Positions 26,056-64,000 of a stretch of DNA of 64,000 nucleotides are shown one piece after another. Location of the stretch: contig OZ231126.1 in NCBI GenBank assembly GCA_965153355.1, positions 24,862,001-24,926,000 of the forward strand, given 5' to 3'. Position numbers and translations under genes: made by a program. Under the pieces are notes generated by a model, which was not told the origin of the DNA, searched no databases, and saw only the letters and a list, made by a program, of their open reading frames with translations. The stretch is from Flaccisagitta enflata (lineage: Eukaryota). Within the stretch, counting starts at the first letter, position 1. Each line of letters begins with the position of its first letter.

Positions 26056-27391
26056 TTTACTCTCTAGTCACTGTAAAATCCTATGGAACAAGGCCAACAC
26101 CTATAAGTTGCATGCGAGACATAAATAACTTAAGATGACTTTTATTGACTCAAGATGACTTAAAATGACTCAAGACTACTTTTACCTATTTGACTTAAGT
26201 GACTTAAAATAACTTAGAATGACTTAGAACGACTTAGAATGACTTAGAATGACTTAGAATGACTAAGAATTACTTAGAATGACTTAAAATGACTTAGAAT
26301 GACTAGAAATAACTCAATGTATAATAAAAAAGTAAAGTGTGATGGACCGACGGACCAACGGACCGACGGACAGACGGACCAATGGATGGACGGGCCAATG
26401 GACCGACAAAGCGGGTTGTAGAGTTGCGTGCACGTGACTAAAAAAAGATTAGTAAAAGATTCTCAATATGGATTCAATATCTTATGCAGTTTAGAGTCTT
26501 GAAATAGACAAGTGCATAAAAACAAGTGCGGCCTCAGATAATGAGCAGCTAACTCCTTTAAATGGACGGACAAACCAACGGACCATCACCGTCACCGTCA
26601 CCAGAGTAGCTAAAACAAGGTAGGCAAGCAAAACAGACGAACAATTTTTTTTTCAAAAAGTCATTTGCAATGGCTGTCTACTCCTCAAATTCCCTTCTCT
26701 ACCATTCAGAAACATGAAAAACGCTTTAAAAGCCTTTAAAACAGTTTTGTGATGGACCAACCGACGGACCGATGGTGTTTAATCCGGACTCATCACAACT
26801 ATCCTATTTCTGAAAAAATATTCTCTTTTCAGAAATTATCATGGGATTTGTCAAAAGTTATGCAACATTTAGAAAAGGGTATCCAATTTCTTTCTATATA
26901 TGAGATATGCAGACCACAAGAAAACAAAGACCATATCCATCTGGGCACCTTCTTATGCTCCTCATATACCAAAGATAGCCATTGTCCAAAAATTAGTGAA
27001 TGTGGTGATGACGTAGTAAGAGCGGCAGCTGCTCTTTAGTATCTGAAGATCTTCTGAAGGCTGGGACATGACTCCTGAGGAGCTGGAGTGGTAGGAAAGG
27101 TAGGAAAGGCAGGACTAAAACATTATGGATGGAATTTGGCCTAGAACCAAGGTTTTGAGCCTCCAGACTTGAATTCGACTGAGATTTGACCTTCAAAAAG
27201 GATGAATAGGAAGGGAATTGGGGAGATTTAAAAAGTTTATTTAGTAAAAATAATATAGTATCAAAAGTGGGATTACATGGAACTGCAAACAAAAAGTTAA
27301 AAGTTAGATCAGTTGGTCTATCCACTGAAGCACTGGAGCACTAACGCACTGTGCAAAGCATCAAGTGTGTGTGTGTGTGTGGGTGGGGTTT

Positions 27392-27468
<77 letters not shown>

Positions 27469-27948
27469 GGTGTGTGTGTGTGTGTGTGTATGTGAGTGTT
27501 TGTTCGTGTACATGTGTGTTTTCCGTGTCTATTTGTGCGTTCATGTATGTAATGTGTTTGCACGGAATGATCCGTGGTTGTAGACGTGTTGATGCACCTT
27601 CTGAGGAGTTGTTTCTATTTGTTAGTCCCGTGTAGAAATCCCAGATGAGTCAAAGGCCAGGACGAAATTTACCACTTTGGAGGCCATTGAAAAAAGAAAA
27701 GAAAACAGGTTTTTGGCGTACATTAAGAATCCTGACATATTTGTTTCAAAATTGGTTGGTTTGGCCGTCTGCCATGTATGATTTTATGGTTCATATGAAA
27801 CAGGTTGTTGAGTTGTTGATAGACGGCCTTGCTTCTATCATGGAATGGAAAGATATCAAGTTAGGATTGATTATATTGCTTTTCTTCGACTTGGATTATG
27901 TATAAAAAGAAATGAATGTCTGAATTATCATTATCAAAAGAATAAAGA

Positions 27949-28067
27949 ACAAGGCCAAGTAGGCCAATAAGGTGCAACGTGTGGATCGCCGAACGAATGC
28001 GTTACCCAACCAACCAACCAACCGACGGACACAGCCAGTTATAGAGGTGCTTTGTCGCACCTAAAAA
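27949..28067 (-). mobile_element. Minimal ~120-bp Helentron-like repeat
   Basis: Near-identical copy at 52978-53110 (AACAAGGCCAAGTAGGCC...GTCGCACCTAAAAA). Confidence 0.7.
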
Positions 28068-28082
28068 GACAAGATTATTCCT

Positions 28083-28720
28083 TTTTGGGCAGCGGCCCCG
28101 AAGATATCGATGACCTATGCTTTCACACATATGAAGAATTTTCACCTCCTTCTCCTTCTCCTCCTTCTTCTCCGTCCATCATCCCCTCAAATCCCAGCCT
28201 CCAGGCCCAAATTCCTGCCTTGCGGCCCAAATCCAAACCTTGAGGCCCAAATCCCAGCCTGGAGGCCCAAATCCCAACCTTGAGGCCAAAACCCCAGCCT
28301 CGAGGACAAAATCCCAGCCTTGAGGCCCAAATCCCAGCCTTGAGGCCCAACTCCCAGCCTTGAGGCAAAAATCCCAGCCACAAGGCCCAAATCCCAGCCT
28401 CTAGGCCCAAACTCCAGCCTCCAGGCCCAAATCTCAGCCTCCAGGCCCAAATCCCAGCCTTGAGGCCCAAATCCCAGCCTCAATGCCCAAATCCCAGCCT
28501 TGAGGCCCAAATCCCAGCCCTGAGGTCCAAATCCCAGCCTTGAGGCCCAAATCCCGGCCTCGAGGCCCAAATCTCCAATGCCAGGAGGAGAAAATCCTCC
28601 ATATGTGTGAAAGCATAGATCATCAACCCCTTCGGGGCCGCTGCCCTGCTCCCTCAACTTCAAGCACAACCTACCTAAGCAGGGCTCGGGTACCGCTGAC
28701 CATCTAACGCTTTTGCGACA
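28083..28720 (+). mobile_element. Family-B element with a 21-bp array (TTGAGGCCCAAATCCCAGCC-like)
   Basis: Same termini as other family-B copies; further copies at ~49035-49623, 56360-57015, 60577-61172, 62078-62735. Confidence 0.8.
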
Positions 28721-28751
28721 ATTCATATTGGAGAAAGAATGAAACAATCAG

Positions 28752-29340
28752 TAGTCCCGTGCACGCGGCTCTACAACCCGCTTTGTCCGTCCGTCGGTCA
28801 CACTTCACTTTTTTTTATGATTTTATTTCTTTGATCTCACTGCTACTGCCCATATGGTCTGGTGACCTGAAATATGGCCCCTGCCCACCCGCACGCGACT
28901 TCGGTAGCCGTGTATCCGGCCTTGTTTTAATCATCTGTTAGATTTTTAAGTCGCGTGCTACGCGACTTTACACCCCGCTTTGTCCGTCAGTTGGTCGGTC
29001 GGTCGGTTGGTTGGTTGGTCACATTTTAATCTTTTTTTCAATTTTTATTCTTTGACCCTACTGCTCCTGCCCAAATGATGACCTCAAATATGGCCCCTGC
29101 CCACCCGCACGCAACTGGGGTAGCCGTGTATCCGGCCTTGTTAGTTGCGGACACGCAACTCTATAAGAGGCTTTGTCCGTCCGTCCGTCCGTCTGTCCGT
29201 CCGTCCGTCCGTCCGTCCATCCGTCCGTCCGTCCGTCCGTCGGTTGGTCCGTTGGTGAGCACGAGTCGAAAAGTATGAAAACGTGCATTTCTGCTCCTGC
29301 CCACCTGCCCGCAACTGGTGGCCGTGTATCCGGCCTTGTT
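28752..29340 (+). mobile_element. Three head-to-tail family-A elements
   Basis: Units ~28752-28927, 28949-29140 and 29141-29340, each ending GCCGTGTATCCGGCCTTGTT. Confidence 0.8.
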
Positions 29341-29414
29341 TTATTCTATATCAGCTTCTGGAAAATGATCACTTCATAATCGTGAACACAAGCTAACTCC
29401 AATCAAGATACAAA

Positions 29415-40362
<10,948 letters not shown>

Positions 40363-40402
40363 AGACAGTCTCGTCCTCAGAGTGTGTGGTTTAAAGAAAT
40401 AG

Positions 40403-40408
40403 AATAAA
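40403..40408 (+). other. Candidate polyadenylation signal of copy B
   Basis: AATAAA about 40 nt after stop 40362, followed by a GT/T-rich tract. Confidence 0.5.
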
Positions 40409-41265
40409 ATGTTGTTGTTCTTTTTTTCTCCTCGAAAAATGTGACTTTGTCCCATGACCTGATCCATTGAAGATATGTTTATCGAGAAAATTGAAAGACT
40501 CTTTTGATTGTCAACTTCTATACACGCGGTAAAAATGCAAAGCCTTCGGCCCATTTGAAATAAACCAGCTCCTTTGCTGACTTCACATCATATCTCAATA
40601 CGAGAAGTGCCATCGAGTCGATTAATGAAGTCTATACAAGTCCCAGGTTATAACTCCTAGGCCTAGAAGCTCTTCAAACCGAAGTAGTTACCATGGGAGC
40701 TAAGGTTCCATATTTCGTTATTTTTTTTTCTTTTCAGTGAACATTGAGTAAAAAACATTAGAGATATTAATTTTTACAACATTTATTTCTTCTGAGCTTT
40801 TGGTAGAAAACAGTAACAAAAGACTGGACTTTTCTCAGACAAACGTTGAGCGAGATAAAAACAGAGAAAATGACATGCAGTGCAATAGACACGAGTAGGA
40901 AAATGCGAAAAGTTCTTCGATTGATTCTTTCAACCATGATTAAAAGGAGACATATTACATTAGTTGTTAACGAGTCACTCAGGCAGGTTGTTCTATGGAA
41001 TGGTGACAACGATTGGGGACATTTTATTATCTAAGTAACGTGTGACCAAATGTTAGAATTTTTTAGGGATGTGGAAGCAGTCGATTTTCATGCCGCTTCC
41101 ACCGCTTCCGCTTCCGCTTCCATTTTACAGTTCAAATACTAGTAGCTATCCCATCCTCCTAATTGGAAGCGGTCAATTGCTTTCACATCCAACGACTTAA
41201 AACAGCTGGAGATGAACGGGTGAAGCACTTAATGAAGTCGCGTCATTATTGATCGAATGAACCTA

Positions 41266-57206
<15,941 letters not shown>

Positions 57207-59112
57207 TTTTTTTATTTTGCTCTCATTTTTGAGTAAGTTTTAGGCTCGCCGCTTTTCGGTGCTAATTTCTGTTTTCGATAATTCGATCAATGGATCAAAC
57301 TTTTGTGCACTTTCTTGTAGCCAGAGGAGTTTTATATCCTGGTTTTTCGGTGACTTTTTGGTTCTCTTTGTTTAAAATTTTGTATTGCGATATATTTCCG
57401 ATTTTCTTATCTCCTTGTCTTTGCGTGATGAATTGATTTGTTTCAAGTGTCTAGACGATTTCGTTCTTTTTAGAAAACCGACGTAAGTTTATTTGTGCAA
57501 TCAGAGTGAAACCTAATTTTTAGAAACGAAGAGAGTTTGTTAGGAGGAGGAGGAGGAGGAGGAGGAGGAGGAGGAGGAGGAGGAGGCAATTAGGGCCACG
57601 GGGGTTTCGAGAGCTACTTTTGGGGTGATTGAGAGCTTCGTAGGGACCACCAAACCATATGTATGATTTTGTCCCTTCTACCATCATCAAAATCATTCAC
57701 CTCCTCTAGTGCAGTCTCGAAAGTCTGGAGGAGGTCCTCCAAGTCCTCCTCCTCCTCCTCCTCCAAAATATGAGATCATGCAGCAAATTCAGGACAAAAC
57801 CATGATGAGGTGATGTTTGGAGTAGGCTAAATTTTATCAAAAACATGATTTTTTGCTTTCTATGGACCATGAGAATCAAATTTCAAAACATCCACAAAAC
57901 TGCATTATGGTCATAAATGTCTTAAATGTTGGTTTGATATTTATTTATGTTAATCAACTAAACACTTATTAAATGTTCTGTTTTTGTCATCTTTGTCCCT
58001 AATATACAGTAGGACCCCGCCTCACCAGTCCCATTGGGACTGAAGATTTTTCACCTTAATCTCAGGAAAACCTTTAAAGAGAGGTGAAATCACAATAAAA
58101 ACTATTATTTGGGACCTCAAAATATTGACCTTTATTGATGGGGAACCTTTAAAAGCGGGGCTGTTATTGCGGGGTTCCACTGTAAATGACTATGTATTCT
58201 TTTAAAAAATCAAATCATAATTTGCTTGATTTATTGTAGCTGTAACATTCACATGACCCTAATTCTTTTTTTTCCTTTTTAATTTGTTGTTTATAGTAAA
58301 GCAATCTTTGTCAGACCTTAACTCATCCGGATATAAGATTACCCTAGTCGCAAGCTGGTGGGCAGTAACCAAAACAAGGCCGGATACACGGCTACCTTAG
58401 TCGCATGTGGGTGGGCAGGGGCAGTATTTAAGTTACTAAAGCATTTGGCAAGGAGCAGTGAGGCCAAAGACTATAAATACATAAAAAAATTGAAATGGGG
58501 ACCGACCGACCAACTAACCAACCAATCAACCGACCGACCGACCGACCAACAAAGCGGGGGGTAGAGTCGCGTAGCACGCGACTAAAAAGCTTAAACACAA
58601 AACAAGGCCAAGTTAAGGTCAATAGGTGCGCTTTGCTTGATTATGAATTTGTGAATGAACGTTTTTATAAATGAATAAATAAAAGAAAGAAAGAAAGAAA
58701 AGGGTGTAAAGTCGCGTAGCGAGGGACTAAAAAGCAAATGGTTTTGTGCAACCATAGCAATGCAGAAACATGGTTTTGTAAGTACTCTCAAAGCCTCCTT
58801 CAACCAGAGCTCTCAGAGAGGAGTAAGAGCTAAGAGAGTCTCGGTGAGTTCTTTGAGAGCTTTCCGAGACTCTCAAACTCTCCGAGAGCTCTCAAACTCT
58901 CGAAACGCCCGTGGCCCTGCCTCGGAGGAGGAGGAGGAGGAGGAGGAGGAGGAGGAGGAGGGAGAGAGAGAGTTGAGTATATCGGGAGAGGTGGGTGAAG
59001 AAGAGAATGAGGAAAGTTGATCGAGAACAGAGAGGTTGATGTGTAATGCTGAGTTGAAGTTAAGGCCGGTGATGGAATTCTGAGAAACATTGAAAAAGAG
59101 AGAGGGAAGGAA

Positions 59113-59284
<172 letters not shown>

Positions 59285-61299
59285 CTGTAACAACATCGAC
59301 AAATACTTCTCCAATGACTAATGAATCTTCTTGGAAAGAAATTCAGAAACGAGAGACCATTTATTTTTCTTATCTTTTCGCCTTTTCTTAGCGGTGATGT
59401 GACGATTAATTTAAGCATCATTCACGTCTCAGGATATCAAGGCGCTGTGGTTTTTTAAAATGGTGGATAGGCTTTGACGGCTTTGGTTGGAGAGATGCAA
59501 TGCGCATTGTCAGGTTGGCGATTTCTTAGATGCGTCCTCGCGTCTCTATAAGAGGGTCTGTCCGTCCGTCGGTCTGTCTGTTACTCTTTTTCAAAAATCC
59601 ATCAATCATCAATTCAGTCCCTCCCACACCATTCCCAATCATTTTTCGATGTATCCTCACATCTCTTGAATTACGGAAAAATTTCCCCTGTATCTATCCA
59701 TCTGACTGCTTGGGTTTTGCCCTCATGCCTCCCACGTCAAATTAAATCCTTTGAAATTGTTGGTCAACATGCCAATATGCATTAATGGTGCTTTTTTTGT
59801 CATTTAATTATCAAAACAACAAACAGAGGTTGCATTTTTTTATGTGTATATTCATAGAAGGATGTATTTTTTAACCATGAAAAACGATGTTGACGATAGG
59901 AACTGCAATATGGAAAAAACAGTGGAATTCTTTCTACATAGAGATAAGAAGAGGAAGCATCGTTGCCCGATCGGGCTTTTTAACTTTAACCTCCTGTTTA
60001 ATCTTCTTAGACACATCACTGCCACCACCACTACCATATTGTGCGAGGATGACACAGAGCATAGTTTGGCTTCTAGGCAGTTAAATGTAAAACAGTAAAA
60101 TTTTCACTAATTCTCTACATCAGGCGAGCGAACTCAGAGTTAGGTTCGTAAATATTGCCGGTTGGCGGTTTGTGAACTCAGTTCAAAACGCCAAACCTAC
60201 ACAAACGGCTCGTGTTTTTATTTACGACCACATTTCACTCGTGTTTTTGTTCTCGTAGAGAACGAGCAAATAGTTTTAACGATTTAGTTATGCGACCCCC
60301 TTCTACCCTCCTCTCAATCTATACATAACAAAGCCAACACCTATGAGTCGCGTGCGTGACATTAATAACTTAAGATGACCTAAATTGACTTTAAATGAAT
60401 CAAGATGACATGAAATGATTTTAAATTACTTAAAAACTTAAAATGACCTAAAGGGCAGAATTGACCAGATTGACTTAAATTACTTAATATAACCTAATAT
60501 GACTTAGAATAACCTATTATGTCATTTGGGAAGAAGCGTTGAGCCCAAAAGTCTTTAAAACGCCAAAAAAGTAAAAATAGTCGCAAAAGCGTTAGATGGT
60601 CAGCGGTAACCGTTGCCCCTATGTGTGTGTATGTGGTTAGAGGGGCAGCGGCCCCAAAGGGACCGATGACCTATGCTGTTTTTATTTGAGCCTCAAGGCT
60701 GGAATTATGGCCACAAGGCTGGAATTGGGGTTTTGAGGCTTGGAGTTGAGCCTTTAGGCTTGGATTTGAGCCTTGAAGCTGGAATTATGGCGTCGAGGCT
60801 GGAATTATGGCTTCGAGGCTGGAATTGGGGCTTTGAGGTTTAGATTTGAGACTTGAGGCTGGGATTTGAGCTTCAAGGCTGGGATTTGAGCCTCGAGGCT
60901 GGGATTTGAGCCACGAGGCTGGGATTTGGGCCTCAAGGTAAGAATTTGGATCTCTGGGGTGGAACATGAGCCTCACAGCTAGAATTTGGGCCTCAGGGCT
61001 AGATTTTGGGCCTCTGGACTAGAATTTGGGCCGCGAAGCTGGGGGGGGGGGGATTACGGACGGAGGAGAAGGAGAAGAAGAAGAAGAAGAAGAAGAAGAA
61101 GAAGAAGAAGAAGGAGAAATTTCTGTATATGTGAAAGCATAGGTCATCGGCCCCTTCGGGGCTGCTGCTCAAAAAGGGGAAAGACCGACCGACCAACTGA
61201 CAAAACGGGGTGCAGAGTCGCGTAGAATGCGACTTAAAAGAACCCATGAGAGGATGAAGAAGTAGAAGAAAAAGAAAAAGAAGAAGAAGAAGGGAAGTA

Positions 61300-61420
61300 G
61301 CAGAAGAAGAAGAAAAAGAAAAAGAAAAAGAAGAAGAAGAAGAAGAAGAAGAAGAAGAAGAAGAAGAAGAAGAAGAAGAAGAAGAAGAAGAAGAAGAAGA
61401 AGAAGAAGAAGAAGAAGAAG

Positions 61421-61515
<95 letters not shown>

Positions 61516-61516
61516 C
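61300..61516. repeat. (GAA)n(CAA)n microsatellite
   Basis: Directly visible. Confidence 0.95.
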
Positions 61517-63486
61517 GTCATATGCGTCGGCACTTACAAAAAAAATGGATAGACAGAATATATTCTTTTAAGATGACCTTGAATTAGCCGTTTACTCTTA
61601 CCAGTTTCTTCCCTAATGTTAAAAAATACAAAAAAAAAATAAAAAAAAACTTTGAAAACGACTTTGTGACGGATGGTTGGACCAACGGACGGACCAACAA
61701 AAAAGAGTCATGTAGCACGTCACCAGAAAAGACAAAGACAAAGACAAACACTAAGACGATGACAAAATAGAAAAAAATAAAGTAAACCTAGGTGAAGTGA
61801 ACCAAACTACAACTACAAGCCCGTTTGGGACCGACAGAGGAGTAGGCAGCAGGCTGGATGGACAGACAGAGAGATGGACGAAATGACAGGCGGAAGGACG
61901 GATTGATGGATGGACACTGGAGAGACACTCTGATATAGATAAATAAATTGATGCATTTAAAGAAATTTTCTGATCAACCGACCAACCGATGGCCTGATGT
62001 AGTCGCGTGCACACAACTAACAAATAAACAAAAAGAATAAGAGAGAGGAAAATGAAGAGAAAGAAGAGGAAGTAAACAGTGGTCAGCGATACCCGTTGCC
62101 CTGATTTGCATGATTTTGAATAAGAGTGAGAGGAGGCAGGGCAGCAGCCCCAAAGGGGAAAAAATCCTGTAGAACACGGGGGGACTTTCATTTGTCTGTC
62201 CGTCTGTCTATCTGTCTATCCTCTCCAGCCCCTCTCAGGCCTGAAGTCTGCCCTCTCAGGCCTTGAATCTGTGAGAATAGATTTCAGGCTTGAGAGGACA
62301 GATTTTAGGTCGGAAAGAGCAGATTCCAATCCTTAGAGGGCAGGTTCAAGGCCTGAGAGGGCAGATTCCAGGCCTGAGAGGGTAAATTTCAGGTCTGAGG
62401 GGGCATATTTCAGGCCTGAGAAGGTCTGAGGCAACGGATATATGGATGTACAGATGGATGGATAGGCAGACAGGCAGATGGACAGACGGACAGGTAGACA
62501 GGCAGACAGATAGTCAGATGGACGGACGGACGGATGGACAGACGGACAGATGGACATACAGATGGATGGACGGATGGCCAGACGGGCGGACAGACGAACG
62601 GACAGACAGACAGACAGACAGACGGGCGGACGACGGATGGGCGGGCGGACGGGCGGACAGACGGGGACGGCGGAGCCAGGCAGGCCGAACGAGATGGACA
62701 ACGCAGACGTTCTGTTATGCCCCCATATTCACAGGGGAAGGCCGGCTCGTGCTTCAATTGGTACTTTATTGTATAACAAGGCCAACACCTATAAGTCGCG
62801 TGCGAGACTTACAGACAAAGAGTGACTTAGAATGACTTAGAATGACTTTCAATGACTTAGAATGACCTAAAATGACCAAAATAGACTTAAAATGACTAAA
62901 AAAACAGAAAACCAAAAATAACTTAAAATAACTTAAAATGACTTAAAATGACTTAAAATGACTTAGACTGACTCAAAATGACTTAGAATAACTATAAATG
63001 ACTTAAAATGACTTAAAATGACCTAAGAGTTGACGTTATAGTACAAAGAACTAAAGTGTGACGGACCGACGGACCGACGGACGGACGGACAGACCGACGG
63101 ACGGACGGACGGACCGACGGACGGACGGACCGACAAAGCGGGTTGTAGAGTCGCGTAGCACGCGACTAAAAAAACAATTTCAGGTCTTGTCAAGGATTTT
63201 CTACCTTCCCTGGAGTAACGGTTTTGGTTTTACTATCATGGGTAATAGGTAGTTGTTGGGAAAATGTCCAAATTTGGTCACTTTGACCTCAAATTTAGGC
63301 CACTTCGCCTTTGAAATCGAACCTAAAATCCATGAGATTATTTAACTAGAGCTCAAGTGCTAACCAATGATGCAATCCGCATGTTTTTATCTTTCTTTGT
63401 TCAGATTTGAGAGAGTTTTAAAGATGGGGCTTGAGAGGACTTTTTTGCAGCATGAAATCTGGGGGTAATTTGGAAATTTTTCACAT

Positions 63487-63886
63487 TTTTAGTTGCGGAC
63501 ACGCAACTCTATAAGAGGCTTTGTCCGTCCGTCCGTTGGTCGGTTGGTCGGTCCGTCGGTCCGTCTGTAACCATCGAGTTGAAAAGTGGGAAAACGCGCA
63601 TCTCCGCCCCTGCCCACCCGTCCGCAACTGATGGCCGTGTATCCGGCCTTGTTCACTATACTGCAGCTTTGGATCGACCAATCTTTAAACAAGGCCGGAT
63701 ACACGGCCATCAGTTGCGGACGGGTGGGCAGGGGCGGAAATGCAACTGTCCGCAACTAAAAATGTTCTATAACGCTCGTTTCCTCACTTTTCCACTCGTG
63801 TCCACGGACCGACTGACCCACGGACCGACTGACGGACCGACGGACGGACAAAGCCTCTTATAGAGTTGCGTGTCCGCAACTAAAAA
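63487..63886. mobile_element. Two family-A-like elements in inverted orientation
   Basis: 63487-63652 (+) and 63689-63886 (-) share TAGTTGCGGACACGCAACTCTATAAGAGG and GGCCGTGTATCCGGCCTTGTT. Confidence 0.8.
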
Positions 63887-64000
63887 TTGGTGACCAAATT
63901 GAAGAGTTTTTGATGCTCTAACTGATTCTGGAAAAATTTTGGACCGATATGGCCTCCAAAAAATCTTATTCACTCTATAAGCAGGTGAAAAAAGTCAAAT

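Noticed and set aside
28123-28747. Heptad-repeat ORFs (GLKAGIW/GPQGWDL)
   Set aside because: Products of a 21-bp minisatellite inside a dispersed non-autonomous element; equivalent copies contain stops.

Overview
Eukaryotic, repeat-rich, AT-rich DNA from an unidentified invertebrate-like genome. Most long ORFs in the supplied track are microsatellite artefacts. The real genes are multi-exon and I rebuilt them by hand from GT-AG boundaries and reading-frame phases. (1) There is a tandem pair of + strand paralogues. Both encode a signal peptide, an acidic pro-like segment and a Cys-rich scaffold in nine matching exons; in the intact copy the scaffold is ~376 aa with 44 Cys. After the same phase-1 intron they carry unrelated C-terminal modules. 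Copy A (4417-11723) ends in an F5/8 type C (discoidin)-like exon and is broken by 92-bp and 14-bp frameshifting deletions. Copy B (29415-40362, 13 exons, ~705 aa, intact) ends in two C-type lectin domains. (2) A convergent 5-exon, 306-aa multi-pass membrane gene of the TMEM121/CECR6 type lies on the - strand (57206-41266). The rest is a dense nest of non-autonomous DNA transposons: Helentron/DINE-1-like elements, TA-, 8-bp- and 10-bp-TSD MITEs, foldbacks, internal mini/satellite arrays and long microsatellites. The best candidate for a novel system is the constant Cys-rich stalk with a swappable lectin head.
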